A DNA stretch of 63,844 bases, filler included, from Octopus bimaculoides (GCF_001194135.2; 5 parts of 4 records of this genome joined end to end with filler, not necessarily neighbours in it); one strand, 5' to 3'. Shown: positions 38,290 to 51,800, numbered from the whole stretch's first letter. Notes: generated from the sequence alone by a model not told the origin. Made by a program: numbers and translations.

Positions 38290-39560
38290 TCTTCAGTACT
38301 TCGCTCTCCTTTATTTATTTGGTTATAAAATCTCCTCTGGTCTGTCTCTCTGGTCTGTCTCTGGTATGATATCTGGATAACGTAGCTGCTAATGCTATGT
38401 TACGCCGTTTCAACTCTTCTATGACTGTTCCAAATCCTTTCTCTTTGACTGAATACCTTTTCTCAGGAGAAGATTTAAATCTTGTGTTTCCTAACTCGTT
38501 CAGTTTCCAGGCTTCTATTCTTCCCGGATCTTGTCTTAAAGTCTTCACTTAAAGTCTCCTTTCCTGGCTCTTTTCTAATATTTCGTTTTGGAATATCTAA
38601 TCTTCTACCAACTACTAACCCTCCTGCATAGATCAATAAGTTAGCGTCAACTATATTTTTAACATCTATCCTACTGATAAAAGAATCTACTTTCCTAGTG
38701 ATATCTAGCAGTTTCTTTTCTTCATTACTCATTTCTTCCTGCAACTCATCTAAAATCTTCTGATCTTCCTCACTTAAATCACTTAAATCGCTTTGGTTTG
38801 AACTGTATCTCTTATGTTGCTTGTTTTTCCTACTGCCTTGTCTCTCTTTTCCAGTTCTTTGTGATCTCTCCCACCTCCAAAACTCTCATCTCCATTCTTC
38901 TAAAAGCATTAGCTTGATCTACTAGTGTCTGCTCAGTCACTTTAAAAACACCCTTCTCTACTCAACGTGTTAACATCTGTTTTCCATAACACTTTCTTTT
39001 AAGTTCACTTTGTAATTAACACTGCATCATTAAAATGTTTTCTTCATTGGTCCACTTCCCCTTCCTTTCTCTATGATCTGCTGATGCTGTCTTAGGAAAA
39101 CAGCTGTGTTCAGTCTGCTTCTTTACTGAACCACTGCCGAGTGAGAGGTCTTCCCTTAAAGGTCTCACCCCATTTTTGATATTACTACCAGAGTTTCTAG
39201 ACAAACTCTTGTCTCTCATAAACTGAGGCAAGGTAACGTTCGACACCATCGTCATCATCACTATCATTATTTGCATATAAGAGTTTCCAGTAACGTTCTA
39301 TTGCATTATTTGTTCCACTTTTGTGCTGGTGGGGTGTGTGCCTCACTTTTTTCCTGTCTGGAGATTATTGTATTGCATTACTATGTTTTGTTGTGAGGTA
39401 TAGTTTGAGACTTCTGTTGTATTAGTTTTTGTATTGTGTGTTATATAGTGCTCATTGTGTTCTTCTGTTGGGTATCAGACGTATATAGCACATGTTGCGT
39501 ATTTACTGTATGAGTTTATTCCTGTATGTTTTTGGTGGAATATTGCATAGTAGCGTGTGT
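38290..39560 (-). mobile_element. R4/Dong-type LINE 5' UTR + ORF N-terminus
   Basis: RKGKWTNEENILMMQC..VTEQTLVDQA..SDLSDLSEEDQKILDEL..GFGTVIEELKRR. Colinear homology to 53280-54290. Confidence 0.75.
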
Positions 39561-39879
39561 AAATTATAAGTCAATCATGTCATCGAATTCATGGTTATTT
39601 GTCCATCGTTCTGTTTTTAATTTTGTTATGGATCCGTCTTTACAGCGTCAACTTTTTAACAGATCACCGCCCATAGACACATGTTAATGTTTCTTTCATA
39701 TTTTTAATTATTATCGATATATAAGCGAGAGACCGACAAAAAAGAGCAATGTGCATATACGTATATACATAGAGAGAGGATATGCATAAATACGGATGCA
39801 TGTATGATTAAAATTTTACTCACAGTTTTTCAGTTTTCGTATAGAGGTATTGCAGTCCATGTATTTATATTTTCATGCA

Positions 39880-39910
<31 letters not shown>

Positions 39911-40162
39911 TTATGTTTGACTTTTGTTTTGCATTTGTACAAGTTGGATCCAAGTCTCACCCAGAGACCTCAAGAGACAACAAGTTAGAAGTTCATGTAG
40001 GTGTTATGCCTAGGGTACCATATATTTGGATTTGTACAGTTTTGTTCAAGTGAATGTTTAAGAAACCATAAGAAAATTATGTTTGCTTTAAAATTTGAGA
40101 TCACATAGACAGTATTTTACGTAGGATATGGGCAGTTCCCATGAGCACTATCTTTTGGACTT
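39880..40162 (-). mobile_element. R4/Dong 3' terminus with (AAT)n tail
   Basis: Diverged homologue of 40600-40860, ending in (AAT)n. Confidence 0.7.
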
Positions 40163-40595
40163 NNNNNNNNNNNNNNNNNNNNNNNNNNNNNNNNNNNNNN
40201 NNNNNNNNNNNNNNNNNNNNNNNNNNNNNNNNNNNNNNNNNNNNNNNNNNNNNNNNNNNNNNNNNNNNNNNNNNNNNNNNNNNNNNNNNNNNNNNNNNNN
40301 NNNNNNNNNNNNNNNNNNNNNNNNNNNNNNNNNNNNNNNNNNNNNNNNNNNNNNNNNNNNNNNNNNNNNNNNNNNNNNNNNNNNNNNNNNNNNNNNNNNN
40401 NNNNNNNNNNNNNNNNNNNNNNNNNNNNNNNNNNNNNNNNNNNNNNNNNNNNNNNNNNNNNNNNNNNNNNNNNNNNNNNNNNNNNNNNNNNNNNNNNNNN
40501 NNNNNNNNNNNNNNNNNNNNNNNNNNNNNNNNNNNNNNNNNNNNNNNNNNNNNNNNNNNNNNNNNNNNNNNNNNNNNNNNNNNNNNNNNNNNNNT

Positions 40596-41250
40596 TTTGG
40601 TAATTTATGTTTGACTTTTGCTTTGTATTTATACAAGTTGACTCCAAGGCACACCCAGAGACATCAAGAGACAACAAGTTAGAAGTTCAAGTTGGTATTA
40701 TGCCTAGGTGTCACATATTTGGTTTTGCACATAGTACTATTCTAGAGAATGCTTAAGAAAACATAAGAAAATTATAAGTTTGTTTTAAAATTTGAGATTA
40801 CATAGACAGTATTTTACTTAGGATATGGCCAATTCCCATGAGCACTACCCTTTGAATTTCTGCTATTTTGGGTTTTCCTGATATCTGAGCTAAGTTGGAA
40901 TGAACCTCTTTGGCAATCATTCCTAGGGCACCTATGACACAAGGTATTGCTTTAGTGCTCAGGTTCCACATTTTTCCAGTTTCTATTCTAATCTCTTTAT
41001 ATGTGCTCAGTTATTGGCAGGTTTTGATAAATAGATTTATGTCGATTGGGACAGTTATATAAATTAGGGAACCATGATTTTTGTCTGAAGATCTTCAATA
41101 TAATGTCTGGCCTATTCGCATCTATCTTTCTGTCAGTTTCAATGGTGAAGTTCCAGAGGAGTGAGATGTGGTCATTTTCAAGCACGGGACGTGGTTTTTG
41201 TTCCCATAAGTTTTTATCATGGTGCAGATCAAACTGGCGCATTATAGGAA
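40596..41250 (-). mobile_element. R4/Dong-type LINE RLE 3' portion
   Basis: WEQKPRPVLENDHISLLWNFTIETDRKIDANRPDIILK..IQRVVLMGIGHILSKILSM*. Confidence 0.8.
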
Positions 41251-41483
41251 AATACTATGAATTAAGTTTACCATGAAATGTTAATACGAATGAAATGAAA
41301 CACGTTTCGTGTAAATTGGAGCAGTAATTATTGAGATATTCGGGGTTTCGGTGTATAAATACCCCAAACAGTGCATAAAGGGAAAATGTTCCGAATATAA
41401 TTTCATCTTGAAAGGGAAGAAACTCCCTTTCGATTAGACAGTGATTTGACAACGAAAAAATACGATTTGTTTCTTTATAGTAA

Positions 41484-41514
<31 letters not shown>

Positions 41515-41619
41515 CAACCTTCGACAGAGTAAGAGACAACTTGAACAGATACACATAGTATATAAACATACGTTTACATACACATACACATATACACACA
41601 GGCAGACACGTCTACACAC

Positions 41620-41930
41620 ATACGTAAATACTCACATACATATATACATACATATATACATACATGCGTACATGCATACATACATGCATATATACATGCA
41701 TACATATGTACACATATGCATACGTACATGCTTACATGCACACATACATNNNNNNNNNNCATACATACATGCATATATACATGCATACATATGTACACAT
41801 ATGCATACGTACATGCTTACATGCACACATACATACATACATACAGACAGACAGACATACGTACGTACGTACGTACGTACGTACGTACATACATACATAC
41901 ATACATACATACATACGTACGTACATATAT
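41620..41930. repeat. Compound (TACA/TGCA/TACG)n low-complexity array
   Basis: Directly visible. About 77 bp is duplicated across a 10-N gap. Confidence 0.9.
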
Positions 41931-43319
41931 CATGAACTTCGTAAACTCGTGAAATAGTATTTTTCCTAGTTTTTTTCGAATGCATTCAACGTTTTCTCAC
42001 CTCCAAAGATTTAGCTGCTATTTCTAGCACGCCCTACTGCCACGTAACAGTTATTTGCGATAAAGGATCCAACATACCTGTTACGTCGTAGAAGGGCGTC
42101 CAAGAAACAGCAGCAAAATCTTTCCTTTTCCGGGGAAAGGTGCCGTTTACGCGTGATTTCGAAATCATATTCGTTGAGAGCATGCAAAATAACCCGGAGA
42201 AGAAAAAAACCCACGCAAGAATACTCCGTTGCTAGAAGACTGAGTTTCCCGGTGATCCAAAGGGTCACGGGTAGTGTAGTTTCATTATAAATCCGTCTCC
42301 GCTAAAAGCAAGAAGAAAACTAATGGTTAAAATATAGATGTTGAAATACAACGGACTGTGTTACATATTAAGTAAATACGCTCATTCTATAACATTGAAC
42401 CAAAATATTATAATATCATACAGCCACATGAAACTGAAATCAATATATCGCTATGATAAACTTCGCCTTCTCATAAATATATATTTTATTTCTTGTTAAG
42501 TCTACTGTAATTTATTAATTATCATGAAATGCCGTTATTTCAGCGACTCTCATTGCATTCATACAGATGTGTGATAATAACTGGCAGGAAGCCAAGTTTG
42601 TAATGTACCAAAAGGGTTATTTAATTTGTTGTATGTTTAAAGTACATAATTATTAATCAATGCTTATAGTTTGGCATTCATGTTGGACAAACAACCAACG
42701 ATGCATCATTAGAGTGTTTGTTTCCATGATAAACGGAATAATATTTATTTCAAGAAATATTCTGTATAATAAAATGACAACATGGAAACTAGATATGCAA
42801 AATATTAGACCAAATACAACAATGCGATGTATATTTCTGGTTTGCATGATGTATTTTTAGTATTGATTGCCGCTTATTAGGAATATTTTAGGCATCATGT
42901 CAGACAATACATCAAAAACTATTTTCTTTTTCTGCTTACATTTTAAAAATAAATTAATCATGGAAATGCTTTCTGTTTTTCTATATTTACTGTCCGTTTG
43001 ATATATTATAGTCGTAGAAGAGAATGCATTCACGCTAATACCAAATCCTCCAGGACTTAATTTTATTCGCATAATCACTTTTAGAGCAATAACTTATTTT
43101 AAAAAGAAGTTTACTATTTTTAAAAATTCATCCATATTCGATATTTTCAGGCACACTTCAGATACTAATAGAATAAGCATATTGTATTTGTGAAGATCAA
43201 TTACGAAACCGGGTACAAGCTGTTGTTATAATCTACATGTCTTTAAAGTATCTGTAATCACATTAAGTATATGAGAAGTAGCCGACTTATCAAACATCCC
43301 AGATTGCGTTATTTGCTAG

Positions 43320-43353
43320 CAGCAGTAGCAACAGCAGTAGCAACAGCAATTTC

Positions 43354-43390
<37 letters not shown>

Positions 43391-43430
43391 GCATGAGCAA
43401 CAACGTCAACAACAATAGCAGCAGCTCCAA
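43320..43430. repeat. (CAG/CAA)n trinucleotide repeat
   Basis: Directly visible. Confidence 0.9.
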
Positions 43431-43949
43431 GGAGAACAATGTATCAATCAGAGTAGAAGATAAAAGCAGGAGAATCGCCACCATGGTATATAAAAGCACC
43501 AGTGGAAGAGAAGCGTTCATTAACATCACATCAATCCCTGTAATAAGAAAATATAATTGTAATAATGTAATCACTCGCCCGCAAGACCAGTAATAAATAA
43601 TTTAAGCAGCAACAAAATCAGCGAAAATGGCAACAGCAGCATCAGTGGAAGCACGGCTATAAATCTATCTTTCATTTGCCAGTGATCGACAACTTTGATT
43701 TCCTCACATTGGACAGGAAACAACCAGATCTGCAAAAGTCACAAGCGACACATCAACTGACTAGTTGGAAGAAAACTTAAACTCGCGGCACCACAGTAGC
43801 GTTTAGACCAAAAGGATAAGGTAAGGCTATACAGCTACATATCTCTGAAAAGACACGAGACGAAACGTCACTAGAGCAAGTAAATCTCTACTCAAAAAAT
43901 ATTTGAGCAGACGTTGATTTCCTAAAACATGCTACCCATATTGATTGTA

Positions 43950-46010
43950 TATGTGTGACCATTTACTCGGAAACACAAGACCAGAAGGATTCCATCGACC
44001 ATGTAGAAATTAGGAATTTGGAAAGATACAAATTTACATGAGATGGAGATTCATGTTAAAATAAATACGAACATACAAGTAGGAATAGACATCTTGCGGA
44101 TTGTGAAATGTGTTTCATAGGAGGAACAAAGCACGTTGTTAGAAATATTAAGATTGTGCAAGTTAAATGGAATTAAGAAGGAGTTGGAGATCTTAAACCA
44201 GATGACTTATGTGGAGGAACTTCACCCTAATATATATCCCAGAAGTACAACAAACCTGGATTGGAACAAGGCCTAGTTGCTGCATATGTAGAGGCACACA
44301 TCAGCTCAATTCATTCTGTTTCCAAGAGCAAGAAAATGTGATAGCCAAAGGATGTTGCCACTACTGCAATACCGAAAACAACAGCAGCGGCAGTGAGTAA
44401 GCACAGCAAAAGCGGTCGCTTCACAGCTGCAAGTACGGAAGCAACACTTACAATGACAGTGTCAAACATATGAACAATATAAGCCACAGCAACAAAAGCA
44501 AAAGTAGAAGCTCCACTCTCAAGTGCTAGCACGTCGGCATCAGTAACAACCACAAACGCAAAATGAACAAAAGCATAAGATCACCAAGAACTTCAAGACA
44601 TGCCTCTCCCTGTTGTTGATCATTCAGATATACCTTGTGGTGAAGTTGATGAGAGATACACTAAACGGCAAAATATGCTCAAGAAAAAGAAAAGAAAAAG
44701 AAGAAAGATTTTCAAATAATGAAGGAAACATCAACTCAAGTAGCACCAGTAAACCGTCATAATCTTTACCATCACAACCACTACAGACTCCATTACAAAC
44801 AAAATACAACTTCATTCACAATCACCTACATCAAAATCACCCTAGCATAACAAAATAAAGCAATCACTCGATATTTGGCCATAAACTTCTGATCATTAGA
44901 TATAGATGTGCGATGGCCATCAGCGGGACTAGAATTTCCGAGAAACTAGCGTTTACGTGTACGAATCTCCTAGTCTTTGGAGATGACAGAATGGAGCTCC
45001 TGTAGTGTCTCAGAAAAGACTGGATTTCATAATGCGAACTAACTTTTTGGGTTCAGAAAGTAAGTCGGTGGTAGTGGCGAAGGCCGTACCTACAAAATAT
45101 TAGACGTTTATGTACCAATGGTATGCAACTGGGATTCCAGTGCCGGAGGTTTTCCTATGATAACCTCGTATGTCGGTTATTGGAACGCTAAGATGTACGC
45201 TTGTACTGTGTGANNNNNNNNNNNNNNNNNNNNNNNNNNNNNNNNNNNNNNNNNNNNNNNNNNNNNNNNNNNNNNNNNNNNNNNNNNNNNNNNNNNNNNN
45301 NNNNNNNNNNNNNNNNNNNNNNNNNNNNNNNNNNNNNNNNNNNNNNNNNNNNNNNNNNNNAATTCATTCTGTTTCCAAGAGCAAGAAAATGTGATAGCCA
45401 AAGGATGTTGCCACTACTGCAATACCGAAAACAACAGCAGCGGCAGTGAGTAAGCACAGCAAAAGCGGTCGCTTCACAGCTGCAAGTACGGAAGCAACAC
45501 TTACAATGACAGTGTCAAACATATGAACAATATAAGCCACAGCAACAAAAGCAAAAGTAGAAGCTCCACTCTCAAGTGCTAGCACGTCGGCATCAGTAAC
45601 AACCTCGTATGTCGGTTATTGGAACGCTAAGATGTACGCTTGTACTGTGTGAGCTTAGCTGAAAGAAAGTGCTGCCCCAAAAGCCTCACAAACATGTTTA
45701 AATGCATCCAATTGCCTGACATGTGCCGATTGAATTTTCAGATTATGCCGATATGAATAAGAAAAAGCTCATTGCATTACATAGGCAGATCGCTTACACT
45801 GTTTGATGGGAGAGACTAGGTTATTCTCAATTCAAAGAGTTTGGCCATACGAACCCATAAATTGGTAGGGTCTATGTAGATAGTTTTAGTAGCAAGGACT
45901 TAATTTACAGGAAGCTAACCTCGTCGTTAGCTAACTGAGAGCGGATTAGGTAACTTTTTAAGCAGATGCAGACAGGAGTAATCATGAAAAACAAATGGGC
46001 ATCACCCTGT
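43950..46010 (+). mobile_element. Decayed L1/Tx1-like LINE 5' region (ORF1 zinc knuckle + APE endonuclease)
   Basis: WIGTRPSCCICRGTHQLNSFC (CCHC-like), a Thr/Ala/Ser-rich tract, then DVYVP, TSYVGYWNA (resembling LVGDWNA) and YVDSF (resembling SYLDR). Confidence 0.55.
45361..45652 (+). repeat. Exact duplicate of 44308-44551 joined to a duplicate of 45162-45213, at a gap edge
   Basis: The 244-bp and 52-bp copies appear identical and are joined by AACC microhomology. Confidence 0.92.
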
Positions 46011-46629
46011 GAAAGGACAATTAGATTGGAATCAATCTGATATTAAAAGGATCTAACGGGTGAGAAAATAAAACTTAAGAGAAACAGTTATACTTTTGTG
46101 TATTCGTTTTTGTGCTTGTTCATTGCATTCGCCTAATAGATTTCTAATATTTTCACACCTCCTTCCGATTGGATTTACTGATCAACTTATACTTTTTGGA
46201 ATATTTGAGATGAGCAAATCATTTTCGCTGTTAGGATTGTTGCTATTACTTTTGGGGTTGTTTTATGTGGTGCATTAAATGATCGGAATTGTACCGGTGC
46301 CCGGCAAATTTACTTGCGGTACTTATTTTCACTGATTTAAGCTATTTTATAAATTGTGATCTCACTGGGTAGAAATTTTGTTACATCATTCTATCAATTT
46401 TAAAATGTTTCTTCCTTAAACGAGCCATCAGTTTTTATCAACTGAGTTCTTTAGTTAGTTACGCTCTCCATTTCCATCTTATTCTTAGTATAATGGTGTC
46501 TGTAGGCTTCGAAGGAACAGAATTATGTTTCCTCTTTGTACTTAATACTTAGATAAATTTTGGCCTGAATTTGACCAGACCATGTCTAACTTAATAGCAC
46601 CACCTGGAAAAGATATTTAATGATGTTAT

Positions 46630-46930
46630 ATATTAGTCATTCTTTGGGAACCGAATAAAAAGTTATTGTTAGCAGAGATATATCCAGGTGTTAGTGGTTT
46701 ATCTAGAATTTGCTGGAGATATATGTCAAGGACCATTTTCAGTATTGGAACTTTTTCTTCTCTTATGTGTCTTAAAGAGAGTAGGGCTTGTTGAGGTGAA
46801 ATAGTTTTGTCTTAGTGTGGTGATGTGACGCGAACATGATTTTTTGTAAGCAACAGATGGCACGGAGAACAAGCATTGGGTAAATTTTAAAGTGGATGCC
46901 AACATTATTTGGCATTGCTGAATATCACCG
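46630..46930 (-). mobile_element. CR1/L2-like LINE 3' fragment
   Basis: TLRQNYFTSTSPTLF..VLDIYLQQILDKP..PGY; homologous to 51480-51640. Confidence 0.5.
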
Positions 46931-47783
46931 CTAATGAAAAATATTCAGGTATTTCATAATCCACGTAGATTTACATACAAACTGTCAATGAGATGTTGGA
47001 TCACAAAATCTCATTACTTCGAAGTCTCTGGATCCCGCTTTGTCGAATCAAAACGTTACAGATCTTCGTTGCTAATAAATATATAACCCATAGATGAGCA
47101 GAAAAAAATACAAAATATCTGTAGCGCAGTGAGATTACTGAACATTTTAATTTGGAATAATACTGAGTAAATATCTCGCTAAGCTTAATATCCATATTAA
47201 AATAGAGAATAATGTACACAGAGAAAAATGATGTACTATATTTAAAGAATAGGATCGCATTTTAATAACAAAACAGAAAAATAATCTCTAGCTTTTTATA
47301 CTGATTTGAAATGCATTTCCTTAGGGTAGAAAACAGGTAAATATTTTTAATGTAATTACCACTCAATATTCAAAAATATGATGATGGAAAAAATGACCAA
47401 ATTTTTCTATTCTGTTTCTAATTAAATTTGAACATTAAAATTAATATATTTGCATATATGTAAATTAATGTGAGGTTTAAAATACTGTCCCACAGGAAAA
47501 AAAAAAAACTTTCCAGTTTAATTAAATGAAGTGCACATTTATGCATTTTTAGGTGTGATTTGACTGTAGAAATTTTTTCATCAAACATCTTATGAACATT
47601 AACTATTGATTTATTTATGCAGTAATGTTCTTGGCTCCTTTCTAATTTCTGTTATATTTACAATAGCAATAGTTATGCTAGATCGGATCTATTGTGTGAT
47701 GGTTTCTAAAATGATTTCATATCCAATCGCTATATAGTTTACTAAACAATTTGGAAAATCAACAATATCATTTCACATAAAAT

Positions 47784-47837
<54 letters not shown>

Positions 47838-47894
47838 AATGGCGGATTAGACTATAGGTGTTCATTTGTTTTTATTTCCAAAATTATTCCGCTG

Positions 47895-48102
47895 TAAGGT
47901 GGCGAGCAGGCAGAATCGTTACAGCGCCGGGTAAAATACATAGTGGCACTTGTTCCGACTTCACGTTTAATGTTCAAATGCGGCCTGGGTTGATTTTGCC
48001 TTTCATCCTTTCTGGGTCGATAAAATAAGTACCAGTTGAACAATGGCGTCGATGTAAATTGACATCTCCCGAAATTGCTGGTTTACGCCAAAATTTGAAA
48101 TT
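47895..48102 (+). mobile_element. SINE family A with tail variant C
   Basis: Head AAGGTGGCGAGCAGGCAGAATCGTTA, centre GCCTTTCATCCTTTCTGGGTCGATAAAATAAGTACCAG, tail GAAATTGCTGG..CCAAAATTTGAAA. Confidence 0.8.
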
Positions 48103-48486
48103 AATATTATCCCACGCTTGATAATTAATATTAAAAAAATAATTGAACTCAAGATAAATTTGTAATGTGCTCAACACATATTATGCTTTCCTTTTTTGCC
48201 TCACCCGCTCTTTTATTCCCCATAATATCGGCAAGATCTGAAAATGATATACATTTGTTTTGCTTTTGCTCTCTCAAATAGATATTGATTTGTTTTAACA
48301 GTCTAAGTTCATTTCCTTTAAATCAAAATATGTTTGTAGACTAAAATTTTTCCAGGTCAGAGACACTAACCGTATCTTTTTTTTTTTTAAAGAAACACCT
48401 CTGCATGTTATATAGAATGATATATAGGAGGTTATAAATTTATTCTTATCCACATTGTGCCATATTGTAAAATTATACGATAATTT

Positions 48487-48700
48487 AGGGCGGCAAGCTG
48501 GTAGAGTCGTTAACACGCTCGGTGAAATGTTCAGCAGCATTTCATCCGTCATTACATTCTGAATTCCAATACCGCCGTAGTTGTCTTTGCCTGTCATCCT
48601 CTCGGGGTTGATAAAATAAGTACTAGTTGAGTACTGGGGTCGATGTAATCGACTTACTCCCTCCGCTGAAATTGCTGGCCTTGTGCCAAAAGTTGAAATC
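48487..48700 (+). mobile_element. SINE family A with tail variant C
   Basis: Same layout; tail GAAATTGCTGGCCTTGTGCCAAAAGTTGAAA. Confidence 0.82.
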
Positions 48701-49849
48701 AAAGTTATATGATAATTTCCTTTTATTGTTTTTTTTTTTATTAATATGTTGATCATTCCAATCTGATTTGCATTGTAATGCATTTTTTGGATTTGGCATA
48801 TTCCCGTAAAGATGTCTCAGCAGCTCACTAAATATCTTTCAGACACCGAGTGTAAGAAGAAGAAATTGTGCATATATTAGTATAATATACAGCTGTAAGC
48901 AGGTAAGATATTCTGCACTTAGTTTAATTGATAATAGTTTAGCTTGACATGCAGTTAAACGCTTATATGCTACTTTGTCAATTCCAATTATGTGCTGTAA
49001 AGGGACATTGAAATGTAAAATTTGGTGATTTTCTGTATATTTTAATTTTTCTTTGTAAGTGAGGCCCATCGAGTTTGATGTGCATCAAGCCACGGATGGT
49101 TTAAATCTGGCACTGATAATTAGATTCTTACCCTCTAATTATTTCTGGAAATATTTCTGCTTGATTAGTGATTCTTCAAATCAGCATTCACGTATTCCCG
49201 TAACAATAATATAACTAGCATAATGTATGTTTCTATTCTGCTATTGACATAAGAATGCAGAATAAACACTGCTGGAATACGCCTTAACGTAAATTAACAG
49301 GATGTTTTCTATTTGTCTTTGTTATTGTTAAGTAAACGCATGATTTCTGCGTGTAGGAGGTCACTTTGACGTGTTACTCCTAATAATATTTCTTATGCAT
49401 GCAATGTCATATACACACCATATATAATGAAAAGACAGGTTACATTTTAGGTTTGCATTTGCTTCTTAGCGAATGGAATATGATATTACTTTGTTGTGTG
49501 CAGTGAATTAAGGAGGCTCAAAAATCGCCTAGTAAACTGGAACTTACCGTTTAGTCAGAAGTAAACTGAAAAATAGTACCAGTCGCTAGCAAATCTCAAG
49601 GTAAATATTTTCAATAAAGTAAGAGTCAATTGCACACAAATTTAAATTTTCACGTTAAGATAGAAATTCGATGTGCTGCACGCTTTATGTGTTGAATTAG
49701 ATAAGACTTGAAGGGCTACATAAGTGGACTGGTGGAAGGAGAATCAGTGCCGTTTGAGCAGCATTATGACCCTCCTGGGCAAATCAATACACTGGGCCCC
49801 TGCAGCATGTATTTATTAACAGCAAGCCACAGCATACACAGATCAGACC

Positions 49850-50098
49850 TATTGACAACTGGGTAAAATGCTTGTAGAATCATATGGCGGAGAAGTAGAG
49901 TTGGAGGTTGTTAATTATGGGAAAAGAATTCCCGATTGAAAATGGGGCGGATGTGTTGGACGAAAGTAGACATGCGGTCAACCGGAGAAAGTGGATGACT
50001 GTAGTTTAGATATCTACGTAGAATGAAAAGGTGGACCATATATTGTGGGACAGCGTCTCAAGTTGTGATGGTGGTGGCATAGACAGTGAACAGAGAGA

Positions 50099-50172
<74 letters not shown>

Positions 50173-50211
50173 CAGAGAGAGAGAGACAGAGAGACAGAGA
50201 GACAGAGAGAC

Positions 50212-50243
<32 letters not shown>

Positions 50244-51300
50244 TAACTGCGTGTAAGAAATGTCCTATTAAGTGTTAGTGGTGAGGAACATGATAAAATA
50301 AGAAAAGGAGTGGTGATGAGGAGAACGTGGGCGAAGTGTTTGAAGCAGAGGGAGATGTTTACAATATTGATGTAGTTTTCCAAAATATCAGTAGTGAGAT
50401 CAAGTGAAGGATGAAAGGTGGTTTGGAGTTAAATGAAATGGTTGAAATGTTCTCCGTAGAAGATGATATCATATTCGTAGTCGCAGACCACTATTTTCGT
50501 TGGTGTCCTTTCTGGTTCCTGTACCAAACACATATATATTGTGGGAACTTGCCCACGAAAGAGAAGATCTTCATCATAAGCACTAATTAGGTTATGTGGT
50601 GAGACGTGAGGTACTAGTTTGAAGAATACTTCGATGGTTAAGGAAGTATTAATGATCTACGAGACCGACGTTATGAGGGATGACAGTATAGAATGATTTA
50701 TGACGAAAAGGTGACAGAAAGAGCGAGGCAGAAACGAAAAGTATTGAAGATTTAGTTGGTGTAGTGATTTGCGATCGGGAGGGTAACAACCAAGAGTGAA
50801 AAAGTAGAATCAAGATTATTGGATATCAGTTTTGAAAGGTAGTTATATGCGGAAATGAGCAAGTCGAGGACTCTTTAGACAAGGAGTTTGATATCGACAC
50901 GGGAGAAGAGATGAGGAAATGAAGGCATGAATGTTGGGGAACGCATGCTCGTAATAATGGCGAGGACAAGGAGCACTGAGCATGAGATAATACAAAATAC
51001 GTTTAGGAAGTTGTTGGAGCGCCTTCATTTTGTTGAGGTTTGTGCCTCGCAGAATATCGGTTCCTCCTCTCTCAACCAGTTTTATGGCGTTGTCGACCGG
51101 TGATCGTGGTTGCTGAGTACTCAATGGCATACTGACGACAGCGTATTGAAGTGGGCGAGGGTGGAAGTGTGTTAGGTGAGTGGAGAGCAGAGAGTAATTA
51201 ACGGTGTAAAAAAAATGGGGATGTGAGAGGTTTGTGGAGAAGAAGAGAATAAATGTGCGATACTGCTAAGGGAAAGGCGTGTAAATACAGATGGAATGAA
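49850..51300 (-). mobile_element. Fourth PLE, heavily decayed RT region, interrupted by (AG)n
   Basis: IKLVERGGT (resembling IKPADKGG), KIFSFVGKF.Q, GTGTRK (resembling AMGTRM), YEYDIIF (resembling YIDDI), FHP..DLT. Confidence 0.5.
50091..50243. repeat. (AG)n / (AGAGAC)n microsatellite
   Basis: Directly visible. Confidence 0.97.
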
Positions 51301-51399
51301 AAGGTAGAGAAATTGAGAGAAATGGTTAGAAGAGATACGAGCCAAAGCTCCTGGATGCTATTCAGCCCATCTGAGCTATACCCTCGACAGCAGTCGTGA

Positions 51400-51660
51400 C
51401 GGTAGCTGCCAGTTTCCAACACTGTTGCCCAATATCTAGCTTGCTGATGTCAAGCTTCTTTCGCTTTTTGCTGGTTGGGGTTCTTTATTTCACCTCAACT
51501 AGCCCTGATTTCTTTAACATCATACTAAGATACATAAGAAAAGGATCTCATAACGTTCAAACAGAATCTGGAAGAGTATCTCCTACATATTCCAGATCAA
51601 CTAGCTACCTCAACCCGCATATATAACTAGAAACAACACTTTCCTCGAATGGGCTATGGT
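51400..51660 (+). mobile_element. CR1/L2-like LINE 3' fragment
   Basis: SPDFFNIILRYIRK / FKQNLEEYLLHIPDQ, resembling a CR1-like ORF2 terminus. Confidence 0.5.
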
Positions 51661-51800
51661 GCCCCAAATGACTGCAATTTGAAACTCATTAAATGTGTTT
51701 TCAGGTGGTGAAATTAAGTTAGACTGGGTCTGATATAATTCTGGCTAATCTAAAGCTAATCTAAGTATTATATGTAATAAAAAGAAAAGCTATAACAAGA

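Noticed and set aside
41672-41836. About 77-bp direct duplication
   Set aside because: It straddles a 10-N gap in low-complexity DNA, so it is likely a contig-overlap artefact.
43290-43593. Poly-Leu / poly-Asn ORFs suggesting a membrane or polyQ protein
   Set aside because: They derive from a (CAA/CAG)n microsatellite.
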